DNA of 64,000 nt, taken from contig NC_057756.1 of the NCBI RefSeq assembly GCF_004010195.1, positions 3,752,785 to 3,816,784 of the forward strand. The letters run 5' to 3'. Under the pieces are notes generated by a model. That model did not search any database, was not told the origin of the DNA, and saw nothing but the letters and a program-made list of their open reading frames with translations. The DNA is from Chiloscyllium plagiosum (Eukaryota). Below, piece after piece: positions 13,340 through 26,716 of the stretch. The translations under genes and the position numbers were made by a program. The stretch's first letter is position 1; every line of letters begins with the position of its first letter.

Positions 13340-15030
13340 GGGCCAGATGAGGTTATTGAATACTATGAATCCATTCTGCTAGTATTCACGAAAGAGAAGT
13401 AATGATGAAGAATGATCATGAATTTCTAAGCCAAGTTGCTATTAAAAAGGAACAGGTGCTTTATGTCTTACAATCTTTTAAGTTAGATAAGTCCCCGGAT
13501 CCGGTTGCCATCTATCCCGAATAATGAGGGAAATAAGAGTTCGAATTGCTGGAGAAGGGACAGACATGATTTTACAATCGTTGGCCAGAGGTGAGCTCCC
13601 AGAGCACTGGAGAATAGCCAATGTTTTCCCATTGTTTAAAACTGGTAGAAGGAATAGGTCAGGAAATTAGTGATGTGTGAGCACAAGTCAGCGGTAAGGA
13701 AACTATTAGAATAAAAAATCTCAGGTACAAGATCTATAAATATTCAGAAGAAAATGGGACGAATAGCGACACATTACTAGATTATTTTTGGAGGAGGCTG
13801 TGTCTCACTAACTTGATCGAGGTTTTCGAAGAGTTGATGAAAAATATTGATGACTGTGAAGTATTTGGTTTCGTTTACATCTCCCCCATGAACGACTGGT
13901 TCAAAAAGTGAAGTCACCTATCAGGGTAGCGCTGCCACGGTGGATACAGAGCATTTTTAGTTATTGGAGACACAAGGCAACAGTGGAATGGATTGATGTG
14001 ACTAATAGTGTTCTATAAGGATCAGTTCTGGAACCTCAGTTGTTTGTGGAATAAGTCGATGAACTGGAGAAAAACATCTAATCAGTAAGTTTGTGGACAA
14101 TATGCAGACTTGTTGGGTTAGAGGTAGTGAGGAGAGTTGTGAGAGGATACAAAAGGACGTAAATTCTTTGGAGGCATGTTCATAAAAACAAAATGACATT
14201 TCGGGATCAATCTGGAGAAATGTTAAGTGATGTACCTTGGACTTGCAGGTGGAGATTAAACTGTTATGGATTGAACACTTCTGAGTTTTGATATACAGAG
14301 TGACCTGGTGGTGTATGTCCACAGATCAATGAAAGTGCCAGCGAAAGTACATAAGTCAGTTCAAAAAGGCATATGGCATGCTTGTCTTCATTGGATAGGA
14401 TATTTCATTTCAGGATAAACAAATTATGCAACAGCTTTATGGAACTTCATTTTGGCTACACTTGGAATATTGCATAAGGCTCTGGTATCCACAAGACCAG
14501 AAGGAAGTGAATGATTTGGAGGGGTACCGAAAATATTCACCAAGATGGTGCCGGGAATGGGAAACTTCTCGCTATGAAGAATGTTTAGAGAGTCTAGGTT
14601 TGTTTTCAATAGAACGTAGGATGTAGAGGGGAAATCTGATTCAAGTTTAAAAGATTATGAATGGCCTGGATAGAGTGGAAAGTATGAAGCTTTTCCCCAA
14701 AGTGGTGTGGTCAATTGCTAAGGGACATAGGTTCAAGCTGCAGGTGTGGGAGCGGAGCGGAATGAACTTAAAAAACATGTCCAAAGCAAGTCTTTCACAT
14801 AAAGGTTTGAGAGTACCTGAACGCGCTGCCAGAGGACTTTGTGGAAGCAGACATAATAGCAGCATTCAAAAAGCACATAGATATATGACTCAGGAAGGAA
14901 GAGAGGGGTCCAGGCCGTGAAAGTGAAGACAGTTTTAGTAGGGAAGGGTAAAATGTGTCGGCGGAGGCTTGGACAGCTGAAGTTTTCATTCCTGTGCTAT
15001 ACTGAACATTATTCTCTTTGTTCTTTGTAT
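13340..15030 (+). mobile_element. CR1 LINE 3' part (RT and 3' UTR), continuation of 5995-8525
   Basis: DKSPDP..IYP, WRIANVFPLFK, CLTNLIEVFEE, KFVDNMQ (FADD-like), HLEYCIRLWYP; ends in ttctctttgttctttgt. Confidence 0.85.
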
Positions 15031-15078
15031 GAAAAATAAATGCACCAGTGACACCAGAGAAGACACTTAATTCTAAAT

Positions 15079-15269
15079 TCTGGATTACTGGTGCTGGAAG
15101 AGCACAGCAGTTCGGCAGCATCCAAGGAGCTTCGACATCGACGTTTCGGCCAAAAGCCCTTCATCAGGAATAAAAGTGAAGTCACCTTGGATGCTGCCTG
15201 AACTGCTGTGCTCTTCCAGCACCACTAATCCAGAATCTGGTTTCCAACATCTGCAGTCATTGTTTTTAC
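15079..15269. mobile_element. PLE-derived fold-back element with a hammerhead motif on the - strand
   Basis: Inverted arms ttctggattactggtgctggaagagcacagcagttcggcagcatccaagg / ccttggatgctgcctgaactgctgtgctcttccagcaccactaatccagaa. 15-bp TSD cacttaattctaaat at 15064-15078 and 15270-15284. Confidence 0.9.
15137..15171 (-). ncRNA. Minimal type-I hammerhead ribozyme motif
   Basis: Minus strand attc-CTGATGA-a-gggc-tttt-ggcc-GAAA-cgtc-gat. The core is intact, with one stem II mismatch. Confidence 0.65.
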
Positions 15270-15824
15270 CACTTAATTCTAAATACTGACTTTATTTATG
15301 GACCATTTGCAAGATGTCACAGATGTTGGAAAAAACTAAATGCTTTTGTGGGTGTGGCAATATTGGACCACAGAAAGATATTTACTATTAGTTGTTGCCT
15401 CGAAGACGTTCCTTGTGAATTCACCATAGGTCAGTGAAATATGTATTCGCACTTTGAAGTAAAATTACTCAATGCACATAAAATCTACTCAATGAAATGC
15501 AGAACAGTTCAAAACGAAGGCATTTCCTATTTAATGTTCAATTAGCTGTTTTGCAAATTCGTTGGTTTATTGCATATTTTCAGCAAACCATAATTAATTT
15601 ATTCACAAGACATTTTGAGATCACTGTATCTGAGCTGAAAATATCCTTACACCATCCCATAAATACTTAAGTGCATGCAAGTGAACAATGAACAATACTA
15701 ACATTTTCTTTTGTTTAATATATCTGCAAGCAAATTCGCATGATTTATAAGGAAAAGTAAATCAACACTCACTTTGGAATGTATTTATTCCACAACGTAC
15801 TGATCACGAATGAAATAAAAGGAA

Positions 15825-15912
15825 TAGATTGTATAAGAGTCCCTACAGTGTAGAAATAGGCCCTTCGACCCACCAAGTCCACACCGACCCTAGGAAGAGC
15901 AACGCACCCAGA
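15825..15912 (-). mobile_element. HE1/HER1 3'-end fragment
   Basis: ccctacagtgtagaaataggcccttcgacccaccaagtccacaccgaccct matches the 3' end of the SINE copies. Confidence 0.7.
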
Positions 15913-16900
15913 TCATAGCTGAAGAGAATGTACCATCTCTACTCAAGGAAGCATTTTGCATTCCTGTGAATCTGAATTTATTATCCAGAAGTCACATTTT
16001 CCTCCAATTATGTTATCGGGAGCCACCCGATATCTTAACAGGTCTGTGCAAATTTTGAGTGAATCAACGAATGTCGAGCAAAAATATCATCAAGCGAGAA
16101 ACTCAAATCATCAGTGTATTGTATCATGTGCTTTGTGGAACCTTGCAGACTTTACATGGTCTTTGGGATGATGACTGTATTTGTAATATGTTACAAAATC
16201 ATTGTTGAAAAGGATGGTGTGAAATCTAAAACAAATGACGTTCTTTGTCAAACTTTCATTCATTGCTCTCACAAAACCATTCAACAATATCTACTGAGGT
16301 AATCTCATATAATAGTTTTGAACATTTGTATGGAAATTGATGATATTCGTGACCATCTGTTATACTTGAATTATGATTTTGGAAAATCACGGAGGCACAA
16401 CAGCAGAAATCCTCAAGTCCCGCTATGATTTTGACGATGGAAAAAATGTGCACTGCATGGTTGATTATTATGTGACCAATTGATCATCATTATCTTTACC
16501 AGAATTTATAAAAAATACCCACTGAGACTTTAAGTCATCGTGTGAATTGCTGCCATTCTAATTATAGTGATAGGTAATATGTTTAGGTCAAACAGTTTAG
16601 GACGAGGCGTGATTATCGTAATTTTTTTTGGTATAACATTTGATTTGGAGTTTAAATGAGTCGCATTTTAGTAGACGAGAGAGCATGATTTACGGTTAGC
16701 GAGGAACGTCTGATCAATACTACTTTTAATCAGTGTGTAGACGAGTATACAAATGTTAGTTAGCAAATGTATATCAGCAGAACTGTCTGTTTGAAGTTTG
16801 TTCAGGTTGTTTTACATAATGTAAAAGTTTGCTTGTTATAGTGTGGACTGCAATGTTTGACAGTTCTGTTGTTCAATTTGGAAGAAGAACCGTGCTATGG

Positions 16901-17499
16901 TGTGACGATGCTGGTTCTTTAACAAGATGATGTCGCAGTTAGTTTTTTTAAATGTAACCATAAACACAGAGGTTCCAAAATATCTGGAAATATCTGATTG
17001 TTAAGGCATTTAGGTCTTCCTTTTAAAACACTTGTACAATGAAAGGGGAATGGCTAGTTCTCCTATTCATTGTTTGGTTTGGTTTTAGCATACAGTCTGC
17101 TGAAGCTTCTGTTCAAATTTCAGCTGGGGAGAGTGTCCCAGGAATAAACAGAGGTTTTCTGGCTGACGCACTCTCTCACACTCATCTTTCCTGTAAGAAG
17201 CTATGTTTGATTTTATACTTTATTTGGTCTGTGGAGTGTATATGGGGATTTTGCAAGCATTTGGATCAGCATTATTAAGATGTAATGCAGTCGATTGGGT
17301 ATTCAGATATATTATGCTGTATTCTTTTATCTTTGTTTCATGCGTAAAAATAAATTTTGTTATGTTTGAAAGCAAATGGTCGAGCCAGCTGCATCATCCC
17401 TCTTAGGTCTACTTAAGACCTAATTTAAACCGTTCGAGATTTGAGGTTCTGGGTTGCCTTCTTGAAATGCTTTGAGAGGGTCTGAGCTCGTCAATAACA
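16901..17499 (+). repeat. 5' LTR
   Basis: Starts tgtgacgat and ends aataaca. Shares blocks such as ccaggaat.aacagag.ttttctggctgac with 23836-24420. Confidence 0.75.
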
Positions 17500-20400
17500 G
17501 ATTGAGTGTTCTTTGCGTGATGTGTCCTACAGTGCTAATTTGGGGTTCGGATTGATTGACTCGAAGGCAGTGAGTGCAGCTGTTCCTGCCTTTTCTTCAG
17601 CTGATTGAATTAGCTGGGGTTAAACAGTTTTTGGTGGCTCCTTCAGTCACAAAGAGTTTCCTCGGGGAGGAAGATCTTATTTTTGGGGCTTTTGAACAAG
17701 GAGGAGCTGCCAGAATTAGCAGAAAAGCTGGAGTTGGAGCTGCCTCCTTCCTAGAGGAAAGGGAAATAGTTACAGCGATAGCTCAACGTTTAAGTTTGTT
17801 GGAAACGCCAGCAGAATTTTTGGAGATTACTAAATTTGAACTGTGAGTGAAGCAAATTCAAATAACGCCAAAAGAAAAACGAAGAGTAAAATAAATGAAA
17901 CTGCATCGAAAATCCAGTGTATCCAACAACAACATTTAAGGGTAATAAAAATTGAAGCTTAAATACAAAAAGATTTTTACTGGCCTGGACTACCCAAGGA
18001 CTTATTTGAATGTTGCTTGACATGCCAAACATGCCAGGTAATTGGAAAACCACATTGAGCAACGTTTTTCAGGAATTGTAATCGATAGAAGGGAACCGTT
18101 AAATAGAAGAGGACGTCGACTATAAAACATTTAATGTATCACAGCATGCAATGAAACAGGAAGCAGACAACAAATCAAAAACTAGCAGTTTACTGTCGTA
18201 GATATTGTGTTAATGTTACTTTCAGATATGGGTGACCTTTAAAGGTTAATGTTTAGTTCACCCAGTCAGTCGAAAGAAGATTGAGCGAGGTGAATTATTT
18301 GTTAAGGACTCCAAACAAAAAGAAAGCTCAAGAATGTACGAGGTGAATAGTCTCAAAATGGATTTAAACATGGAAAGAAAGCAAAAGGAGGCTGTGTTAT
18401 TTTTTACAACACGGAGTGAAGAACCAATTTGAAAGGATCCAGAATTGGACTACCATCAAACCAGTTTGGAACAAAGAAAGAACAAAGAAAATTTAGAACC
18501 CAGGAACAGGCCCTTCGGCCCTCCAAGCCTGAGCCGATCCAATTCTACTGTCTAAACCTGTCGGTCAATTCATAAGCATTTGTATCCCTCTGCTCCCCAC
18601 CTACTCATGCATCTGTCCAGACGCATCTTAAATGAATCTGGCGTGCCCGCCTTTACTACCTCAGCTGGCCACCGCGTTCCAAACGCTCACCACCCTCTGT
18701 GTGAAGTTCTTGCGACGTGTATCCGCCTTAAACTTTCCACCTCTCACTTTGAAAGCGTGACCTCTCGTTATTGAATCCTTCACGCTGGGAAAAAAAGCTT
18801 GTCTCTATCCACCCTGTCTATACACTCCATGATTTTGTAAACCTCAAACAGGTCCCCGCTCAATCTCCTTTTTTCTAATGAAAATAAACCTAACCTACTC
18901 AACCTCTCTTCATAGCTAGCACCTTCCACACTAGGCAACATCCTCATAAACCTTCTCTGCGCCCTCTCCAAAGAGTCCACATCCTTTTGGTAATGTGGCG
19001 ACCAGAACTGTATACAGTACTCTAAATGTGGCCGAACCAATGTCTTCTACAATTTTAACATAACAAGCCAGCTCTTATACTAAATACTCCGTCCAATGAA
19101 AGCAAGCATACTATATGCCTTCTTGAACACTCTACCCAGCTGTGCAGCAAACATCAGGGTAAAATGGACCTGCACTCCCAGATTTATCTGCCCATCAACT
19201 TCCGTTCATTGTATAATTCGCGCTATAAATAGTCTTGCCTAAATGCATCATTTGTCTGGATTGAAGACAATCTGCCACCTTTCCGCCCAACTCTCCAGTC
19301 TATCTATATCCTCCTGTATTCTCTGACAGTCCCTTATGCTTCCTGCTACTCTACCAATCTTCGTGTCATCTGCAAACTGCAGACGAACAGTGTCCTCTTC
19401 CAGATCATTTATATATATTACAAACAACAGTGGCCCTAACACTGACCCCTGTCGAACACCACTGATCACCATTCTCCCGTCAACTACTACTCTTTCTCTC
19501 CTGTTGCTCAACCAGTTCTTTAACCATCGAGGTAGAACACTCTGCAAACCATGCGAGTTCACTTTCTCCATTAGTATAGCATGGGAAATCTTGTCAAACA
19601 CCTTACAAAAGTCCATGCATATAACATCAACAGTCCTTCCTTCATCTATCAACTTGGCCACTTTCTCGAAGAACTCTGTTAAGCTGGTAAGGCACGCTCT
19701 CCCCCGTACAAAACCATGATGCCTAATACTGATATGGCCATTCTTTTCTAAATATAAATTGATCCTATTCCTCAGTATCGTCTCCAGTAACTTTCCCAAT
19801 ACTGCCGCCAGGCTCACTGCTCTGTCGTTACCCGAAATATCCCTACTACCCTTCTTTTTACAGGGGGACAACATGAGCAATCTTCCAGTCGTATGGTGCC
19901 TCCCCTGTATTTAAGGATGCCACAAATATATCTGTTCGGCCCTCAGCTATTTCCTCTCTCGCCTCCCTCAGCTACCTGGGATAGATCCCATTCGGTCCTG
20001 GGGATTTCTCCACCTTAATAACCTCTACCCTACCCAGCACATCTTCCCTACTTCTGTCAACGTGATCCAGATAATCAAACTTCTATCTCTACTCTCAACA
20101 TTCATAATGTTCCTCTCCTCAGTGAACACTGATGCAAACTAAACATTCAGAATCTCACTCATTCGCGCAGGTTTGACATATAGTCTTCCTTCGTTATCCT
20201 TTTTTGGACCAATCCTTTCTCTAGTTACCCACTTGTTTCTTATATAAGAATAAAACACTTTGCGATTCTCCTTAATTCTGCTCGCTTAAGCTATTTTTGA
20301 CCCGTTTAAGCTTGCTTGATTCCTCGTTTAAGTCTCGTCCTACTCTTCTGATATTCCTGCAGGGCTCGTTCTGTTCTTAGCTGCCTAGACCTTATGAATG

Positions 20401-20610
20401 CTTCCCTTTACCTCTTGACTATTCACACGATTTCTCCTGTCATCCATTGTTCACGAATCTTGCCCTTTGTATTCTTTGTCTTCAAAGGGACATGCCTATT
20501 TTTCACTATCTTTAATCTATCTTTGAAAGCCTCCCACATTTCAAATGTGGATTTCCCTTCAATTAGCTGTGTCCATTCCACATTTCCGAATTCCTGCGTA
20601 ATTTTGATAT

Positions 20611-20888
20611 TTTTAGATTTTTTAGATTTTTTTTAGATTACATTACCGTGTGGAACCAGGCCCTTCGACCCAACATGTCCACACCGACCCGCCGAAGCGT
20701 AATCCACCCATACCCCTACATTTACCCCTTACCTAACACTACGGGAAATTTAGCATGGCCAATTCACCTGACCTGCACATCTTTGGACTGTGGGAGGAAA
20801 CCGGAGCACCCGGAGGAAACCCACGCAGACACGGGGACGACGTGCAAACTCCACACAGTCAGTCACCTGAGGCAGGAATTGAACCCGG
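20611..20888 (-). mobile_element. HE1-type SINE, 5'-truncated at the B box
   Basis: Closely matches 9925-10195; ends at ggaattgaacccgg. Confidence 0.9.
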
Positions 20889-21974
20889 ATATTATTCGCC
20901 TTGGCCCAGTTTTGAATTCTTCCCTTAGGACCACTCTCTTCTTTATCTACGAGTATTCGAAAACTTACAGAATTGTGGTTAATGTTCCCAAAGAAATCCC
21001 CCTCCACAACTTCTACCACCTGTCATGGCTCATTCCCCAGTACCAGGTTAAATATGGCGGCTTTCGTCGTTGGATTATGGACATACCGCTCTAGAAAACT
21101 CTCTGGGCCGCTTCTTACAAATTCTACCCCATGCAGACTTCTGATGCTAAGTGTATCCCAGTCAATGTTGGGAAAATTAAAATCTCCCATCACCACTGCC
21201 CCATTGGGAGGCATGTATTACGCCCACAACAATGTAACTGCACCCTTCTTATTTCTCAGCTCCACCTATGATGCCTCACTACCCAAGATCTCCATAGTGT
21301 GCTCCTTTAGCACAGCTGTGAAATCGTCCTTGACCAGCAGTGCAACTCCACACCCCACTATTACTTCCCACCCTGTCCTGTCGGAAGGGTTTATGTCCTA
21401 TAACATTTAGTTGCCAATCATCATGCCCTCCCTTCAACGAAGTCTCTGTAATTGCAATAACGTCATACTTCCAGGCACTAATCCAAGCCCGAAGTTCATC
21501 TGCCTTACACACAGTACTCCTTGCATTAAAGTAGATACATTTCAGGCCACCAGTTGCTGAGCAATCATCTGCTCTCTGCCTACTCTTCCCTTTATTAATG
21601 CTATCTTCATAATTGTTACAGTCTCCACCTCTTGTTTTCTTTTCTTGTTTTCTATTCTGGTTGCCAGCCCCCTGCCACATTAGTTTAAAACCTCCCCGAC
21701 ATCAGTCGCAAAAACTCCAGCAAGGAAATTGGTTCCGGTCTGTTTCAGATGTGGACTGTCCATTTTGTAATAGTTCCACCTTCCCCAGAACCATTCCCAA
21801 TGTCCAACAAATCTGACTCCCTCTCTCCCACAACATCACTCACACCACGTGTTCATCCTGCCTTTTTTTTTTCATTTCTTCGCTGGCCAGCACTTGGCAC
21901 TGTTCGTAATCACGAAATCACGACATTTGTGGTCCTCCACTTTAACTTCTCTGCTCGCCACTGCCCAAAGATAA

Positions 21975-22255
21975 ATCAAGCCCTTACCTTCCCAGCAGCC
22001 CTCGCTTCACTCCTCCTTCTCTCCACTTTGCGCTGTAAAAATGGAGGCCCGACCCCGAGGTAAGTGTTTTTTTTTTCAGTGGGAAAACTTCCCCTTCGCG
22101 GTAGCCCCGCTTCATTCCTCTTCTCTCCTCGCCGCGCTGTAAATAAATGAGGCCTGAATGCCGAGATAAGTGCCTTTTTAATTATGAAAACTTACCTTTC
22201 CCGGCAGCCCTCTCTTAACTCCTCCTTCTCTCCTCACCGCGGTGTAAAAATGGAC
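21975..22255 (-). repeat. About three tandem ~105-bp units at the CR1 5' end
   Basis: Repeated cttacctt.cc.gcagccc....ctcctccttctctcc....gcgctgtaaaaatg near 21982, 22088 and 22191. Confidence 0.75.
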
Positions 22256-23835
22256 CATGAGGAATTTGCAGACGTTGTTATAAATTATTGGGTGACCTTC
22301 CAAAGGAGAATCGAAAAGATCTCAAAGACTTATTGCTATCACACGGAAAGATAGGTGGATATAAGTTGGAAAGTAGTAACCTAATTATTTATGATATAGA
22401 CAGAGAAAGTGTTGTTCCTTTTCAGTAACATTCCTATCGACATAACCCTCGAACGTTGGCACAGGTTCAACAGGAAGTTAAATGCACGTTCCAAGACAAA
22501 GTGATCAAAGTGAATTGCAGTGACTGGAATTCACTCGTTGCAATCGTGCTAAAATCAGCTGGTACCAAATGGTTACGTGTAGACTATTGAAAAGTCAATG
22601 CAGTTACAAAGCCTGATACATGCCCGCTTCCACTTTTTGAAAACTGTATTGAAAAGTTGGGACAAGCAGCCGATATTTCTCGAACGGACTCGTTCAGATG
22701 ATACAGGCAGTGTCATTTGCCGAAACAGCAAAAACATTACTGGCTTTTGTACCATTGAATGAAGTGTATCAATTTAAAGTCATGTCATTTACTATGAAAC
22801 ATGTAATGGCCACATTTCAGAGACGAACCAAAAGGTTTTTTTTTCTGATTAACCAATTATGGAGTTGATACTGATTAACTGGTGATTTTTAGTCACACAT
22901 AGAAAAAACATTTGCAACATTTATCAGAATGTTTTAATTAACTTCGGGAGGCCGGTTTACTCATGAACGATGCTAAAAGTGAAATTGTTAAAGGCCAAGT
23001 CACCTTCCTGGTCCATTTTATTGGACATGGACAATTGGCCACACAGAATACAAAAACAAACGTAAGTCGGGAGTTTCTCATCCTACCTATCAACAGAGCT
23101 GCACGAATATTCCTGGGTTTGAATGTATTTTGTCGGAAATTCGCAGTCAATTTTAACAGTCTCAATGCTTCACTCACTGAGTAAGTAAAGAAAGGCAAGA
23201 AGCTTCATTTGTCAGCAGACTGTCAGAAAGCATTTTACAACGTGAAAGCTTTTTTAACCACTTCTCCAGTGTTAGCCACACCTATTTATTCTGAGTCGTC
23301 AAAGTTGCAAATGATGCGAGCGATGTCCATGTTGTGGTCTTCCAGGAAGAAAACGAGAAGATAGAAGCACCTAATGGCTTATTCACGAGGAAATTGAACA
23401 TTCCTCAGCAGAATTAGGCGACAGGTGTCAAGGAGAATTTGAACGTGGTGTTGGACTTACAATATTTCAACTTCTGTGTTACCAGTAATGTATCTGAGAC
23501 TTTCATGCACGTTGATCATAACATATTCTTTTTTTTGGAGAAAAGTAAGAATTTTGTTTCGTACTGTTAAGCCGGAGCTTGTTGTTACAGCCATTCCGTT
23601 TGAAAATTGTACGTGTCACGGGACTTAATATCGTGATTGTTGATGCATTTTGGAAACTTATATGAGTAACCGCCATGTTTGGAGTAAATGGACTGAAACA
23701 GAATATAGAAGCGCATGTTTGCATGTTTACAGTCAATGTAATGTATGAGTGTTGTTGAGTATCAACAATTTATGATGAAGGAGTTTAAAATAAAACTATC
23801 TTTGAGCACTGATGATTGCTTTTAAGGGCGGAAGG

Positions 23836-24420
23836 TATGATGATATGTTATGCTGTCCTTTTTTTTGAAAAGGAGTCGTAAATGCAGATCTTTCGATGTA
23901 TTTGGAAATACCTAAGAGAGAAGGTTTTTAAGTCTTTTTTTAAAACATTCGTACAAGAAGACGAGATTGTTCAGTACTCCCAATTCAGCATTTGGTTTGG
24001 TTTGATTTTAGCAACAGTCTGTTTGAAGCTGATTGTCAAGTTTAACCTGGCGAGAAAGATCCAGGAATTAACAGAGATTTTCTGGCTGACTCTTTGAGTG
24101 ACACCTCCACTATAACAACCTTTGATTCAGTTTAAGATTTTCTTTTATTGAGGGGTTGTTTATGTGGATGTTACAAGTATTTCAAACAGCATCAAAAATT
24201 GCAAACGTGTCGATTGTTTTTTTTTAGATGAGTTATTTCATTCCATATTCTGAGTTTGTTCGTTCGATTTAAATAAATTCTGCTTTATTTAGAACCGAGT
24301 ATTTGGCTACCTGCATCACTCTTGATGTATCCAACATACAGTTTGTTAAGACAAATCGAAAATTAGTTTCGGGGTTACCCACTTAAAATGGTGTGATGGG
24401 CTCTGTCCTAGCCCATTACA
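23836..24420 (+). repeat. 3' LTR
   Basis: Follows the PPT, starts tatgatgat, ends cattaca and is followed by the atgg TSD. Confidence 0.75.
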
Positions 24421-24994
24421 ATGGCTAATCATGCTTTTGTCGGTTTCGAAACCATTTGGTGGTATCAATGAAGATAGAAAATGTCTGGGGTACTCCGAGT
24501 TCGGTTTTTTTTAATGTTTTGCAAAGTAATTCTGATATTTTGAGATTTCTATCCATTCAAGTCATGTCTTGACGGTCTTGCAGAATACCTCAGCTATTAA
24601 TTTGCATTGTTAATCAGAAGTACACCATCGACTCACATAGCTAAGGTTTTGTCCAAAATTAGATGAACTGAGTGAAAAATTGTGCCAGATGTCATTTTGT
24701 TAAGTATGATTTGTGGCCAACTTCAATATTTTATCGACAGTAATATGCGTTCCTGTCTATGTGACACAAAGCTTTTTTTTTTAAAATTGACTGTTGAATT
24801 GTCAGGGAAGCACTCGCAGTATAATGGAACTTGCAGGGAGATGTCTAGATCATTGTGAATCATGGGATTCAAAAATAAATTGATCATATTCATTTTGATA
24901 TGTTAAGTATCTATTTCTTATAATGATTGAATCTTGAGCTTGGCTGTAATTGCGCAAAATTGCATGAAATACTCAATTATTTTCTGTCTTGCAG

Positions 24995-25015
24995 ATCTTA
25001 GGAAGTGCCAAATGG
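24995..25015 (+). CDS. 21-nt phase-1 heptad micro-exon, (D)LRKCQM, of a putative butyrophilin/BG-like gene
   Basis: ttattttctgtcttgcag|ATCTTAGGAAGTGCCAAATGG|gtaagt. Shares AAGTGCCAA with the 45552 exon. Confidence 0.75.
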
Positions 25016-26716
25016 GTAAGTGTAGACCTGTTTTTTCACACTATTGGGGAAAAGAAAAAGTGGTTGAAGAAATGTGTGAACATACAGTAATGTTGTCAGT
25101 ATCATGCGATCTACCCGAAACAAAAAAAAATAAAGAAAGCCGTTAAAAGAAAGATATGTTTCGCTAGCACCAATGTACTGACTCTAAATGATGGTGCTGT
25201 GTAAATTCAACAGTATATTAGAAATGATGCAAATGATTTATTTGGATGGAGACTCTTGTCACGGTATGTTGAGGTATTTCGAAGTAAAACATAATTCATT
25301 AGGTACTATATTTTCATCGAAAATTGCCTGATAGCAGATGTTGAAAAATTGCAAGATTGCATACCTGACCAGAGGTCCCGAAAATAGATGCAAAAGTCTG
25401 TCGTAGGTCACAGTCAGAAAGCAGATATTATGAGAAATTTGACAGGAGAAGCAAAATGAATTTGAAATGCATTTCAGTGGAAAATCTGATTAGAAATTTT
25501 AAACGGTATGAAAAAATTGGCAAAGTCAAAAACTACAAAGAAAATATTGAAAGGCCAATGCAAATCTTTCAGTTGGAACGAGAATTTTTCTTTTTAAATG
25601 CAATCAACAGAAAGCAGGAAGCTTTCGATTTTTACTTGATGCAAATAGCTATTAATTTATGCACGATACAGCACAAAGATGATTCAATAGACTTACATGC
25701 AGTTGAACATCATATACAAAAATTAATAGTCAAACAACACATCGGGGAAATGAAGATTTTAAATGTTGTAAGCACAACGCAATTTGCTTTTGGCAAAAAG
25801 GCTACCTTTCAATAAAAGCAAGTTGCCAATTTTAGATTATATATCGTAAGGAAAATTCATGATACACAGGTCAAGTGTTTCGATATGTAAGCATTTGTCC
25901 ATGAACTGTAGATTGGATTTGCAATATGCATGGATGTAATATCCCTGGCACAACTGACTCGACAATATACTGGTGCCAATTTTAAATGTCTAATTAGCAA
26001 TCACATGCAATCTGTAACATTCCGAAGATTTCAAGTCGTTTCAAGTTCGAACTGTATGAGGTATGACCTCAATTTCTTTTGAGATTTTCAACTTGATTTC
26101 AAACAACCTTCGGTATAGTTCAGTATCTTTTGTCCCATAATCGATCAATGGACCATTGTTTGGAGCTCTTGTCAATTTCCCCTTTCTTTTCTCTTCATTT
26201 GTTTTGTTTATATTATTCATGTTTTGACAATTGATGTGATGAAGTCAGGAAGCGAATTCAACTGACGGAAAGTAAACTAAGCAACTGTGACACGAAAGTA
26301 ATTGAGAATGTGGCAACTATTGGCACTGTCAAAAACGTATCTCACTAGTTTTGAAATAACTGAGCATTAATGGACGTGGAGATAACTGACCTCTTTGGAT
26401 CAGAAATTTTCGTAAATTGAAGTAACTTTTCTTCATCATTTTCTTAAACAAGCTGGTTGAATTCAATCCTTATATATATATAAAACTGTCTCCAGAAGAA
26501 CGATTGACTAGCAATATTGTTTAAGCACATTTCGGAGGATTGAATTCAATATATATATATATATAAATAACACACACACACATATAGTTGACGTCGCAAA
26601 CATCTATTAGCGTTTAGAGTTTTCAGGTGATAAAGTGCAAAGTAAGGCAAGTTAATGCAAATTTCGTGTGGCAATGACTGTGACCATGGAAGAATGCTAA
26701 AGTGTATTGGCCACTG

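Larger units (their letters stand above)
18469..22255 (-). mobile_element. CR1 LINE (ORF2 EN + RT, most of ORF1 missing, tandem-repeat 5' end) inserted in the LTR element
   Basis: LKCIYFNARS..KADELRAWISAWKYDVIAITET, VMGDFNFPNIDW, SGVRQGSVLGPLLFVIYINDL, FADDTKIG, VRPHLEYCIQFWSP; (ttctttg)n-type 3' tail at 18469-18490. Confidence 0.95.
16901..24420 (+). mobile_element. Ty3/gypsy LTR retrotransposon, Gmr1-like order (gag, IN C-terminus, RT, RNase H), decayed and internally deleted
   Basis: Diverged LTRs at 16901-17499 and 23836-24420, PPT aagggcggaagg at 23824-23835, and 4-bp TSD atgg (16897-16900, 24421-24424). Gag-like start at 17630-17846, integrase GPY/F-region remnant at 18150-18370, RT (VDY*KVNAVTKPD..P.P..ENCIEK) at 22440-23200, RNase H (DASDV, FTRKLN, LLLQPFRLKIV) at 23300-23660. 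Confidence 0.85.

Noticed and set aside
17039..17278. Signal-peptide-like ORF MKGEWLVLLFIVWFGFSIQSAEA
   Set aside because: Lies inside the 5' LTR, and the same peptide is not retained in the 3' LTR.
17500..17521. tRNA-Pro primer-binding site after the 5' LTR
   Set aside because: Only a partial, degenerate match to TGGGGGCTCGTCCGGGAT.
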